Shown piece after piece: positions 17,939-28,758 of a stretch of DNA of 64,000 bases. Both the position numbers and the translations under genes were made by a program. The notes below the pieces were generated by a model that was not told where the DNA came from, made no database searches, and saw only the letters and a list, made by a program, of their open reading frames with translations. Every line of letters begins with the position of its first letter. The first letter of the stretch is position 1. Source of the DNA: an uncultured archaeon (GTDB lineage: Archaea > Hadarchaeota > Hadarchaeia > Hadarchaeales > WYZ-LMO6); assembly GCA_938074535.1 (NCBI GenBank), contig CALJER010000005.1, positions 6,421 through 70,420 on the forward strand. Direction: 5' to 3'.

Positions 17939-18921
17939 TCTCCTCCGTGCGGTAAAAGGGTTCTCTTTCTCCCCCTCAGAACCCAGAAGGTCCCCCCCGC
18001 CAGGAGGGCGAGCACGACCGCCGCCGCCGCGAGGGTGAGAAGGGGCGGGCCGGGCGGGGAGTACTGGTAGGAGAAGCTCGTGCCGCCCAGGTCCCGGAGC
18101 AGGGACTGGAAGAGCTCCATGTTATCCCCCGAGAAAGTGTAGACCCCGTTCTCGTTCTCGAAGCCCTCGGGCAGGCCCGAGACCTCGGCTCCCTCGGGGA
18201 GCTTGAGGCTCAGGGAGAAGTTCTCCACGGATACCTCCCCCGGTAAATCCTCGAGGTTGAAGCCCCCAGGCAGCTTCACCACCACCCGGTTCCCCTCCCG
18301 TGGGAGGCTGAACTCCGCGCGCGCCGAGAGGAGCGCTCCTCCTTCCGCAAGCTCCTGGGAAAGCCGCAGGCTCAGGGGGAGGTATTCCCTCCCCTCCTCC
18401 ACCCCTCCCAGCACCACCAGGAGGGAGAACTCCACACCGGGCCGGAGCACCTTCAGCTCCCTCACCTCTATCTTCTCCAGCACCATCTCCCTCATCCCCT
18501 CGGGAAGCCCGATCTCGGGTAGCTTCAGCCGGATGGTTCCCGTGGATCCACCCTCCCCCATCAGCTCCCCCAGGGTTTTCCCCTCGTAGGAGGAGAGGAA
18601 GGCGTTCAGGAGCTGAAGGTTCAGGGAAGAAAGGAGGTCCTCCACCCCCTCAGGAAGCTTTATCCCCACGCTCCCCTTCAGCTCCAGCTTCGCGGAGGAG
18701 GAACCTGAGCCTGAGGCCCTCAGCTCCAGCTCCAGGGGAAAGAGGTTCTCCGTTCCCCCCCGCAGCAAGGCCGAGGCTTCCACGGTGCACCTCGCCCCGG
18801 GGGTCAGCTCCACCCGCACCTCCAGGTCCCTCACCTGGAGCTCCGCACCCCCCGCCCCGGCCACACCCGCCGAAGCCAGCAAAAGAAGCACCATCAACGA
18901 AGGGGGGAGGAACCTCTGCAT
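17935..18921 (-). CDS. cell-surface protein with signal peptide and C-terminal transmembrane anchor
   Basis: N-terminus [25 protein letters not shown] and C-terminus [27 protein letters not shown]; 4-nt overlap with dfx. TATTTAAG TATA and GGAGGAG lie upstream. Confidence 0.55.
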   Translation of the reverse strand: MQRFLPPSLMVLLLLASAGVAGAGGAELQVRDLEVRVELTPGARCTVEASALLRGGTENLFPLELELRASGSGSSSAKLELKGSVGIKLPEGVEDLLSSLNLQLLNAFLSSYEGKTLGELMGEGGSTGTIRLKLPEIGLPEGMREMVLEKIEVRELKVLRPGVEFSLLVVLGGVEEGREYLPLSLRLSQELAEGGALLSARAEFSLPREGNRVVVKLPGGFNLEDLPGEVSVENFSLSLKLPEGAEVSGLPEGFENENGVYTFSGDNMELFQSLLRDLGGTSFSYQYSPPGPPLLTLAAAAVVLALLAGGTFWVLRGRKRTLLPHGGE

Positions 18922-19043
18922 GCCACTCCTCCTTCAAATCCTCCCCTTAAATAGCACGGGGTTCCCCCGCCGGCTTCCGGGAAGCGCCTGCACATCCTCC
19001 GCGGGCGGTAGAGTTTAAAATGGGGAAGGGGAAAAGAAACAGG

Positions 19044-19316
19044 ATGGAGTTCCCCGAGATGGTGGAAGAGGAGGAGGAGGAAGAGGAAGAGGAGGACTGG
19101 ATCACGGCGGCCAGACTGGAGGTGCTGGAATACCTCCTCCGCCGGTACGGGAACCTCAGGGCCAAGGACCTGGCCGAGATCCTGGGCTGCAGGCCCGCCA
19201 CCATCCAGCCCCTCCTGAAAAGGCTCGAGGGGTGCGGGAGGGCCAGGCGCCTGAAGATGGGGAAGAACTCGGTGTGGGCCCTCAACGAGCGCTTCCCGGA
19301 CACCATCTACTACTAG
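19044..19316 (+). CDS. winged-helix DNA-binding protein with N-terminal poly-Glu tract
   Basis: MEFPEMVEEEEEEEEEEDWITAARLEVLEYLLRRYGNLRAKDLAEILGCRPATIQPLLKRLEG... The TTTAAAAT TATA at 19014..19021 makes the upstream ATG (19020) implausible and places the TSS near 19044 (leaderless). Confidence 0.55.
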   Translation: MEFPEMVEEEEEEEEEEDWITAARLEVLEYLLRRYGNLRAKDLAEILGCRPATIQPLLKRLEGCGRARRLKMGKNSVWALNERFPDTIYY

Positions 19317-19357
19317 CTTCCGATAAGGTAAAAACCGGGCGGGCCCAAACTGATGGC

Positions 19358-19570
19358 GTGGAAAGAATCTCCGAGCTGGAGTCGAGGCTCTCCTCCCTGA
19401 CCAAGCGGCTGGAGGAGCTGGAGAAGCGCCTGGAGGCGCTGGAGAGGAAAAGCTACCCCCCTCCGCGCTGGGGCCCGCAGGAAGCGGAGAAGCCCAGGAA
19501 CGAAAAGCAGTGGGGATACCTGAGCAGGACCATAGCCGAGGCCAAGAGAGAGTACCAGAAGACCCTTTGA
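19358..19570 (+). CDS. small coiled-coil protein, hypothetical (GTG start)
   Basis: Heptad-like ISELESRLSSLTKRLEELEKRLEALERK; weak evidence, and the 5' part of the track ORF overlaps the wHTH gene. Confidence 0.25.
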   Translation: MERISELESRLSSLTKRLEELEKRLEALERKSYPPPRWGPQEAEKPRNEKQWGYLSRTIAEAKREYQKTL

Positions 19571-19612
19571 TTTCCTCAAATAGGGAAGAACCTCCATTCC
19601 CTCTGGTGGAGC

Positions 19613-20173
19613 ATGAAGGAGGAGCTCCTCGGTCCGCTCTTCTGGCTCCTGATCCTGGGGAGCTGGGTGGCGGGAGCCTCCTGCGGCTACTGGCTGGGAG
19701 GAGACCTCTCCAGAGACCTCAGCCTGCTGACCAGCGTGCCTCCCCCCTCCGAGCTGGAGAGGTGGTGGGAGCCCCTCCTCTTCTTCGCCCTGACACCCCT
19801 CTCCTGCTACCTGCTCTCGCAGCTCTTCTTCGGCGCGGGCGCGCCCTTCCTCCTCTTCTTCAGGGGGACCCACGACGGGGGAGTCCTGATAAGAGCGCTG
19901 GAATCCTCCCTCTCCGGTTTTTCCTTTCCCCGCCTCCCCGCCCAGGCCGTCCTCTCCACCCTCTTCATCCTGCTCGTCCTCTCCGTCAACCTTCCCCTCT
20001 GCCTCTGGGCCTCCCACCTGGGCACCTCCAGGGCCACCTACCTGAGGCACAGGATCGCGGGGAGGCCCGTCCGCGCGGGCGAGGGAGCTTCCGCTCTCTC
20101 CCCCCTCGCCCTCCTGCTGGGCTTCTCCCTGGTGGCGGGTCTCCTCGCTTCCCTCCTCTTCGGCCACCTTTAG
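19613..20173 (+). CDS. integral membrane protein, function unknown
   Basis: 186 aa, 5-6 TM helices. Confidence 0.45.
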   Translation: MKEELLGPLFWLLILGSWVAGASCGYWLGGDLSRDLSLLTSVPPPSELERWWEPLLFFALTPLSCYLLSQLFFGAGAPFLLFFRGTHDGGVLIRALESSLSGFSFPRLPAQAVLSTLFILLVLSVNLPLCLWASHLGTSRATYLRHRIAGRPVRAGEGASALSPLALLLGFSLVAGLLASLLFGHL

Positions 20174-20182
20174 GACAAAGAT

Positions 20183-21301
20183 CTAGGCGGGCCTGAACCT
20201 GTCCCTGAGCTTCTCGAGGACCTTCGGGAGGGTGGTGTACTCCATGGCGTCCTGGGCCAGGCGGGCTGGCTCGAACTCGCCCATCCTCCTCAGCGCCGCC
20301 ATGTACTCCATCGCCTCCCTCCTGGCCAGGTCGAAGGCCACATCCTCGAAGAGGTCCACCACCATCGGGTTGCCCGAGTCGTCCCTGGCTATGGCCCCCT
20401 CGCAGACCTGGAAGCCCAGCCCCACCAGCCTGGGGGGTCCGTCGAAGACCGTACACCTGGAGTCCTTCAGCCCCACCGGCATCAGGGGCCCCCAGTGGCT
20501 TCCCCTCATCCACCCCTCCACGAAGTAGCTGTGCATGAAGGGGGCCAGGATCTCACCCACCGCGGGGAGACCGTGCTGGGCCCTCACCACGCAGACCGGG
20601 TCATCTTTTCCCACGTACTTCCCCGCGATCAGGGAGAGCTTGGTGGTGCTGGTGGAGGCGCAGACCATATCGTCGGAGGCCCTCCACACCCTGGAGATCA
20701 CGTACCTCCCTGGGCTTCCCACCAGGGCCAGGACCTCGTACATCTCCTCCGGGCACTTCAGCACGAGCTTCTTGCTCTCTATCAGGTCGAACACCTCGAA
20801 CTTGAACCCTCCCACCATGGCCGGGTCGATGACCAGGCCGGCCGTGTTGAAGGGATCGGCGAAGGCCCTGAAAAGGGGATAGTTGAAGGCACCGGGCTCC
20901 GTCTTGTCCATCGCCAGGACTATCACGGGGTCGGAGGGGCGCTCCTCGAACTCCATCTCGGCCACCCCCGGTCCCATCCCCCTGACGTTGCCGCTGAAGG
21001 CCGTCTTCAGGATGTCCTGCCCCGCCGCGTAGAGCTTCAAACTCCTGGACCTCTCCGCCGCCTTCCTGAAGGTTTCCCAGGCCAGGCCGTGGATCTCCGG
21101 GTTGTCCTCCCCCCTCCGGTGCACCATGAGGAGCTCCAGGTCGTCCCCGGCGTTGAAAACGTAAGAGCTGTTGATCAGGCCCGTCTCCTCCGCCTTCTTC
21201 AGCTCCTCCCTGGCCACCCTCAGGAGGGGCTCAGGCACGGTGTGGTGGCCCACCAGCGAGCCCACGTCGGCTTTGATCACCGATACCGTGGTCTTGGCCA
21301 T
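20183..21301 (-). CDS. fbp: bifunctional fructose-1,6-bisphosphate aldolase/phosphatase (class V FBPase)
   Basis: Start MAKTTVSVIKADVGSLVGHH... is the canonical FBPA/P N-terminus; 372 aa. TTTTATAT TATA lies 21-28 nt upstream of the ATG (leaderless). The first 98 aa of the track ORF are junk. Confidence 0.9.
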   Translation of the reverse strand: MAKTTVSVIKADVGSLVGHHTVPEPLLRVAREELKKAEETGLINSSYVFNAGDDLELLMVHRRGEDNPEIHGLAWETFRKAAERSRSLKLYAAGQDILKTAFSGNVRGMGPGVAEMEFEERPSDPVIVLAMDKTEPGAFNYPLFRAFADPFNTAGLVIDPAMVGGFKFEVFDLIESKKLVLKCPEEMYEVLALVGSPGRYVISRVWRASDDMVCASTSTTKLSLIAGKYVGKDDPVCVVRAQHGLPAVGEILAPFMHSYFVEGWMRGSHWGPLMPVGLKDSRCTVFDGPPRLVGLGFQVCEGAIARDDSGNPMVVDLFEDVAFDLARREAMEYMAALRRMGEFEPARLAQDAMEYTTLPKVLEKLRDRFRPA

Positions 21302-21321
21302 CTTTCTACTTCCGCCTCCCC

Positions 21322-21329
21322 ATATAAAA
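21322..21329 (-). promoter_or_regulatory. TATA box of the fbp promoter
   Basis: Minus-strand CTTTTATATGG about 22 nt upstream of the fbp ATG. Confidence 0.45.
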
Positions 21330-21333
21330 GGAC

Positions 21334-21522
21334 TCAGCGAACCCTCAGGGCGTAGCTCCCTTCCTGCTTGATCTTGAGGGCCCTGGCTATCTGGGACCTC
21401 TCCGGGTCCCTCACCACCACGTATCCCTTCCACTCCGCAGAAAAGGAGCTCCCCTTGCAGACGGGGCACGAATCCACCTTGCTCACAATCCTGTGGCACT
21501 TCCTGCAGGCCTGCTCCTTCAT
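21334..21522 (-). CDS. spt4: transcription elongation factor Spt4 / RNAP subunit E''
   Basis: MKEQACRKCHRIVSKVDSCPVCKGSSFSAEWKGYVVVRDPERSQIA; its ATG overlaps the rpoE' TGA (ATGA). Confidence 0.8.
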   Translation of the reverse strand: MKEQACRKCHRIVSKVDSCPVCKGSSFSAEWKGYVVVRDPERSQIARALKIKQEGSYALRVR

Positions 21523-22076
21523 CCCCTGCCCCCCTTCTTTCCCTCCGCCAGCCACTCCAGCTTGCCCAGGCCCGGCTGACGCATGGTGAGCCCAACCTTC
21601 CCCCTGTAGTCCCTCTTGAGGCTCACCGACACCACCCTGGCCCTGAGCCTGTCGCCCTCCTTCAGCGACCTGCCCGTTTCCTTCCCCACCAGGGCACCCT
21701 TCTTCTCGTCGTAGGAAACGTAGTCGTCCATGACCTGCGAAATGTGGAGGAGGGCGTCCAGCGGACCCACCCTGACGAAGCTCCCGAAGCTCACCACCTC
21801 CACCACCTCCCCCAGCACCACCTCGTTCAGCTCGGGGCGGTAGGTGAGGGCCTCGAAGACCACCTGGTGGTAGCTGGCCCCATCCCCCATGATCACCCTC
21901 CCCACTCCTATCTCCTTCACCCCCGTGATGGCCACCACCATTCCCACATCCTTGTCCATCACCCCCTCGTAGGTCTGCTGCAGCAGCTCCGCCACCACCT
22001 TCTCCAGGGGCTCGCCGAAGCGGTGGGGCGGAACTCTCACCGTGTCCCTCAGGGTCACCCTCCAGTGCACTTCCAC
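21519..22076 (-). CDS. rpoE: DNA-directed RNA polymerase subunit E' (Rpo7) with S1 domain
   Basis: MEVHWRVTLRDTVRVPPHRFGE... plus an S1-like C-terminus (GEVVEVVSFGSFVRVGP...RARVVSV); conserved rpoE'-spt4 operon. Confidence 0.9.
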   Translation of the reverse strand: MEVHWRVTLRDTVRVPPHRFGEPLEKVVAELLQQTYEGVMDKDVGMVVAITGVKEIGVGRVIMGDGASYHQVVFEALTYRPELNEVVLGEVVEVVSFGSFVRVGPLDALLHISQVMDDYVSYDEKKGALVGKETGRSLKEGDRLRARVVSVSLKRDYRGKVGLTMRQPGLGKLEWLAEGKKGGRG

Positions 22077-22136
22077 ACCTCCGAACCAGAAAACCTAATC
22101 ATCCTCGACGGAGAGCCTATTAAAAGGTTGCCGAAC

Positions 22137-22544
22137 TCACTCCAGGTCGCGGCTGAGCATCAGGTAGGACCTGTGCCTCAGGCGGGCCACAGGGATTCCC
22201 ACCTTCTCGAGCTTCTTCTGGAGTATCCTGTCGTTGGTGCCCACCACGCAGCCCTTGGCCCCCTCCTTCTGGGCCAGCTTCAGGATGGCCTCGTCCGCAT
22301 CCTCCCCCCCCTTCACGATCTCCCCCTGCTCGGCCAGGACCATTCCGAGCCTGGCGGAGGACCTCTCGCTCGGGGTTCCCTTTCTGGCCAGGTACTCCAG
22401 CTCCTTCAGCACGGGGGAGGGAATGAGGAGCTTGTACCTCCTTTCCAGCAGCCTGTTCAGCTCGCTGATGATGTCCACTCCGAAGGTCCCCGGTATCATC
22501 AGGAAGCTCGTATCCGCTATCACCTTCAGGTACTTCAATCCCAT
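22137..22544 (-). CDS. PIN-domain protein (Fcf1/Utp24-like ribonuclease homolog)
   Basis: 135 aa, acidic PIN-like residues (VIADTSFLM..., VVGTNDRILQKK); typical conserved neighbour of rpoE' in archaea. Confidence 0.65.
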   Translation of the reverse strand: MGLKYLKVIADTSFLMIPGTFGVDIISELNRLLERRYKLLIPSPVLKELEYLARKGTPSERSSARLGMVLAEQGEIVKGGEDADEAILKLAQKEGAKGCVVGTNDRILQKKLEKVGIPVARLRHRSYLMLSRDLE

Positions 22545-22593
22545 CCCCCTGGGGGCCCTCTCAATAAAAAAAGACCGGCCGCCTTAAAAAAAA

Positions 22594-23364
22594 ATGATGC
22601 TGGTCTTCGTGGGGCTGGGCCTCTGCAGCCAGGAGGGCCTCTCCCTCAGGGGACTGAGGTTCGCCAGGGAGGCCGACTGGGTGTACGCCGAGCACTACAC
22701 CAGCCTCCTCCCCGAGCTGGACCTGGGGAAGCTGGAGGAACTGGTGGGCAAGCCCGTGAAGCTGGTGGACCGCCAAACCCTGGAGGAGCGGCCGGAGGAA
22801 ATCCTGGAGAGGGCGGAAAAGGGGAGGGTGGTCCTGCTCGTCCCGGGGGACTCCATGGTGGCCACCACCCACGTCGACCTCCGGCTGAGGGCGGAGAGGA
22901 GGGGCATCCGCACGCTGGTGGTTCCCTCCCCCTCCATCCTCTCCGCCGTCCCCGGGCTGACGGGGCTGCAGAGCTACAAGTTCGGCCGCTCCGCCACCAT
23001 CCCCTTCAGGGACAGCCCCTCGAGGGCCCCCTACGACGCCCTGGCGGAGAACCGGGAGAGGGGGCTGCACACCCTCCTCCTGCTCGACCTGAGGGCGGAG
23101 GAGGGGAGATACATGACCGCGGGGGAGGGAATGGACATCATGCTGGAGCTGGAGGCCGAGGTGGGAAAGGGGGTCTTTACCCCGGAGACGCTGGTGGTGG
23201 TCCTGGCGCGTGCGGGCTGCCCCGACGGCAGGGTGAGGGCGGGAAAGGTGGGCAGGCTGAGGGGGGAAGACTTCGGGCCTCCCCCCCATGCGCTGGTGGT
23301 CCCGGGGAAACTGCACTTCCTGGAGGAGGAGGCGCTCAGGATCCTGGGGGGTGCCGAGCCTTGA
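22594..23364 (+). CDS. dphB: diphthine synthase (Dph5/DphB, tetrapyrrole-methylase fold)
   Basis: MMLVFVGLGL..., VVLLVPGDSMVATTHVDL and a C-terminal PPHALVVPGKLHFLE; 256 aa. Confidence 0.9.
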   Translation: MMLVFVGLGLCSQEGLSLRGLRFAREADWVYAEHYTSLLPELDLGKLEELVGKPVKLVDRQTLEERPEEILERAEKGRVVLLVPGDSMVATTHVDLRLRAERRGIRTLVVPSPSILSAVPGLTGLQSYKFGRSATIPFRDSPSRAPYDALAENRERGLHTLLLLDLRAEEGRYMTAGEGMDIMLELEAEVGKGVFTPETLVVVLARAGCPDGRVRAGKVGRLRGEDFGPPPHALVVPGKLHFLEEEALRILGGAEP

Positions 23365-23609
23365 AGGGGCTGGAGGGGGAGCTGGAGGCCGAGATAGAGA
23401 GGTGGTCGAAGAGGCTGGAGGAGGCCCTGAAGGAGGTGCGGCCCCTGGACGAGAGGGGGGAGAGGCTGCTGGAAAACATCAGGGCCTACCAGCAGGACTC
23501 CTCCCACTTCAGGCCGAGCTCCCCCCTGAAAAGCTTCGAGTGCCTGATATGGGCCTGGGCCCTGCTGGAGATGGGGAGGGAGTTCGGCTGTCTCTCAGGG
23601 CCCGGGTGA
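23361..23609 (+). CDS. DUF357-like small archaeal protein (TTG start overlapping the dphB stop)
   Basis: ...ENIRAYQQDSSHFRPSSPLKSFECLIWAWALLEMGREFGCL fits the DUF357 pattern (AY..D..HF...GD...A....WA.G.L). Confidence 0.45.
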   Translation: MKGLEGELEAEIERWSKRLEEALKEVRPLDERGERLLENIRAYQQDSSHFRPSSPLKSFECLIWAWALLEMGREFGCLSGPG

Positions 23610-24287
23610 GGAGGCCAGCCTTTCGATCTCCCTCACCGCCTCCTCCACCGCCCTCTCCACCAGCCTCCTTCCCAGCCTGAGGTCCACCCTCACCCCCTCC
23701 TTCAGGACCTCCCTGGCATGCCTCTCGGCCCACTCGTACCTCCTGCGCGCCTCCCTGAGCCCCACGAAGCCCACCTCCGGATGCTTCTCAGGGTCAACGT
23801 GCTCCCCCAGCCTGGAGGGGTCCGCCAGGCCCACCGCCGCCGCCGCGCTGACCTCCCCCCTCCCCGCGTGGGGTCCCTCCAGGTCCACCAGCAGGGTGCA
23901 GAAGGAAAGCCTCATCCCCAGCCTCCTCTCCAGCCGGGGGAGGCGGTCCCTCAGGGGCTTGTTCCCTCCGTGGGCGTTCACCAGCACGGCCGCCTTTACC
24001 CCCAGCACCTCCCTGGCCTCCCTCAGCCTCCTGCACAGCTCCCCCACCACCCTCGCCAGGGAATGGTGCCTGCCGGTCTCTATGAGGGGAAGCTCGTAGG
24101 AGGTGAGGAGGACCCCCAGGAACTTGGCCCCGCTCCGCTTGGCTGCCTCCAGGGCCACGTGGGCCGCCAGCTTGGCATCGGTGTCGGATGGGAGCACCGC
24201 CCCGTGCCTCTCCTGGTGGGAGCCCAGGGCCAGCACCCCCACCCCGGCCTCAGCCGATCCCCAGCCTTCTGGCCGTCTTGACCGCAC
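23595..24287 (-). CDS. arfB: creatininase-family amidohydrolase, probable ArfB of the riboflavin/F420 pathway; start uncertain because of a 38-nt overlap with ribH
   Basis: LALGSHQERHGAVLPSDTD and VLVNAHGGN; last gene of the rib cluster. Confidence 0.65.
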   Translation of the reverse strand: MRSRRPEGWGSAEAGVGVLALGSHQERHGAVLPSDTDAKLAAHVALEAAKRSGAKFLGVLLTSYELPLIETGRHHSLARVVGELCRRLREAREVLGVKAAVLVNAHGGNKPLRDRLPRLERRLGMRLSFCTLLVDLEGPHAGRGEVSAAAAVGLADPSRLGEHVDPEKHPEVGFVGLREARRRYEWAERHAREVLKEGVRVDLRLGRRLVERAVEEAVREIERLASSPGP

Positions 24288-24660
24288 TCTCCACCGCTCT
24301 CCTGGCGTACTCGTTCACCCTGTCCAGCGCCTGCAGCCTGGTCATGCCCGGTCCAGAGATGCCCAGCGCCACGGGCCTGCCGTACTCCAGGGCGAGGTCC
24401 ATCAGCTTCCTGGTCGCGTGCTGCATGATCACCTCGTCGTGCTCCGTCTCCCCCTCTATCACGGCACCCAGCGTCACCACCGCGTCCACTTTTCCTTCCG
24501 AGAGCAGTTTCTTCACCGCCACCGGTATCTCCCAGACTCCGGGAACCAGCACCTCCCTCTCCAGCGATGCGCCCAGGAACTCCGCGTGCCTCTTCGCGAA
24601 CTCCACCATGGGTCCCACCACGTCCCAGGAGAACTCGCTAGCCACCAGTCCCAGCTTCAC
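24250..24660 (-). CDS. ribH: 6,7-dimethyl-8-ribityllumazine synthase
   Basis: MKLGLVASEFSWDVVGPMVEFAKRHAEF...VPGVWEIPVAVKKL...ALGISGPGMT; 136 aa. Confidence 0.85.
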   Translation of the reverse strand: MKLGLVASEFSWDVVGPMVEFAKRHAEFLGASLEREVLVPGVWEIPVAVKKLLSEGKVDAVVTLGAVIEGETEHDEVIMQHATRKLMDLALEYGRPVALGISGPGMTRLQALDRVNEYARRAVESAVKTARRLGIG

Positions 24661-24667
24661 CAGGTTC

Positions 24668-25802
<1,135 letters not shown>

Positions 25803-25812
<10 letters not shown>

Positions 25813-26459
25813 CTCCTCACCTCCAGCTCCACCCTGTCCCCGTCCTTCAGGCCCAGGGTGTCCCTGAGCTTCTCGCCCGCCACCAGCTCCACCACCTCCC
25901 TGTGGGAGCTCCTCAGGGGGAGCACCAGGAAGGCCTCCCTCCCCCTTATCCTCACCGGGAAGCACTTCACCTCCCCGAAGCTCCTCTCCCTGGTGCGGAA
26001 CCCCCTCAGCACCTTCCCCGGCAGCTCCCGCAGCACCTCCCTCGCCTCCCTGGAGGAGCCGTTCAGCCTCACGTTCAGCGTCCCTGGAAAGGGCGTGAAG
26101 CCGAGCTGCTCTCTGAACTGCCTGCGGTATCCCTCCTGCCTCACGTAGTAGCTTCCCTCCCCCAGCCCGCTCACCACCACCCCTTCCAGCCTCATCCCCT
26201 CCTCCCTCCCCTCCAGCACCTCCTCCCGCTCCGCGTGCAGGGACCTGAGGAGGGCGAAGCCCCTGGGAGAGAGCCTGAGCCTCCTTCCCCTCCTCTCGGG
26301 GAGCCGCTCCAGCCATCCCTCCCCCTCCAGCTCCCTCAGCCAGCGGGCGAGGGTGGACGCCGGCCTTCCCACCCTCTCCGAAAGCTCCTTCAGGGTGAGG
26401 GCCGCACCGGAGCCCCTCCCGGCCCTCGCCACCTCCAGCAGGAGCCTCAGCCTCTCCAT
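25803..26459 (-). CDS. rbkR: RbkR: winged-HTH regulator fused to CTP-dependent archaeal riboflavin kinase
   Basis: N-terminal wHTH (LTLKELSERVGRPASTLARWLRELEGEGWLER) plus the C-terminal archaeal RibK domain (GFTPFPGTLNVRL...EVKCFPVRIRG). Confidence 0.8.
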
Positions 26460-26514
26460 TTTACCACTTTTGGTTCAATTATCAAATACGGTTTCTTATC
26501 CGCTGGGAGGAAGC

Positions 26515-27546
<1,032 letters not shown>

Positions 27547-28758
27547 ATGGCGATCCCCACTCTGGACCAGGCTGAGGTGAAGGGCAAGACCGTTCTCCTC
27601 AGGGTGGACATCAATTCACCCCTCGACCCCAGGACTGGCGACATCCTGGAGGACTCCAGGATGAGGGAATGCGCCCCCACCATCAGGGAGCTGGCGGAGA
27701 AGGGGGCCAGGGTGGTGGTGCTGGCCCACCAGGGAAGACCGGGGGAAGAGGACTTCACCAGGCTGGAAAAGCATGCGAGGAGGATGGGCGAGCTCCTGGG
27801 CATGCCCTTGAGGTACGTTCCCGACCTGCTGGGACCCTCCGCGAAGCAGGCCATCAGGGAGCTGAAACCCGGGGAGGTCCTGCTGCTGGAAAACGTGAGG
27901 TTCCACGCCGAGGAGTCCCTCAGCGGCACGCCGGAGGAGATGGCCAGAACCTTCCTGGTGAAGGAGCTTTCCTCCCTGGCCGACCTCTACGTGAACGACG
28001 CCTTCGGGGCCGCGCACCGCGGGCAGCCCTCGCTGGTGGGGTTCGGAGCCGTGCTCCCCACCTACGCGGGAAGGCTGATGGAGAAGGAACTGAAGGGGCT
28101 GGGGAGGGGAAGGGAGCCTGAGAGGCCCTGCGTCTACGTGCTGGGGGGAGGAAAGTCGAAGGACTCCCTGAGCATCATCGAGAACGTGCTTTCGAAGGGG
28201 ATTGCCGACCTGGTCCTCACGGGAGGGCTGGTCTCACTGCTCTTCCTCTCCGCCTCGGGAGTGGAGCTGGGGGAGCCCAGCCTCAGGGTTCTGAAGGACA
28301 AGGGCTTCGAGAAGGAAAGGGAGAGGGCCAGGAGGCTGCTTTCCGCCTACGGGGGGAGGATAAGGCTCCCCGCGGACGTGGCCGTGGAGAGGAGCGGCAG
28401 GAGGGAGGAGGTGGAGGTTTCCAGGCTCCCCGTGGACGCACCCGTGAAGGACGTGGGGAGCAGGACCATCCGGGAGTACTCCGACCTCATCAAAAAGGCC
28501 AGGACCGTGGTGGCCAACGGTCCGCTGGGGGTGTTCGAGGAAAAGGAATTCGAAAGGGGAACGCTGGAGGTGCTGAGGGCCATGGCCGAATCCGGGGCCT
28601 ACACCATCGTGGGTGGGGGCCACATGGTGGCCGCGGCCGAGAAGGCGGGGGTGCTCTCCAGGCTCAGCCACGTGAGCACGGGGGGCGGGGCCTGCATAAG
28701 CTTCCTGGCCGGAGAGCCCATGCCCGTGGTGGAGCTCCTCCTGAGGGCCGGGGCCTAG
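27547..28758 (+). CDS. pgk: phosphoglycerate kinase, archaeal type
   Basis: TLDQAEVKGKTVLLRVDINSPL, VLAHQGRPG (the archaeal HQG(R/K)P signature rather than bacterial SHLGRP); 403 aa. Confidence 0.95.
   Translation: MAIPTLDQAEVKGKTVLLRVDINSPLDPRTGDILEDSRMRECAPTIRELAEKGARVVVLAHQGRPGEEDFTRLEKHARRMGELLGMPLRYVPDLLGPSAKQAIRELKPGEVLLLENVRFHAEESLSGTPEEMARTFLVKELSSLADLYVNDAFGAAHRGQPSLVGFGAVLPTYAGRLMEKELKGLGRGREPERPCVYVLGGGKSKDSLSIIENVLSKGIADLVLTGGLVSLLFLSASGVELGEPSLRVLKDKGFEKERERARRLLSAYGGRIRLPADVAVERSGRREEVEVSRLPVDAPVKDVGSRTIREYSDLIKKARTVVANGPLGVFEEKEFERGTLEVLRAMAESGAYTIVGGGHMVAAAEKAGVLSRLSHVSTGGGACISFLAGEPMPVVELLLRAGA

Noticed and set aside
21744-23609. 621-aa plus-strand ORF
   Set aside because: It is antisense to rpoE' and the PIN gene and out of frame with dphB. 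Only its last 82 codons are plausibly real (the DUF357-like gene).
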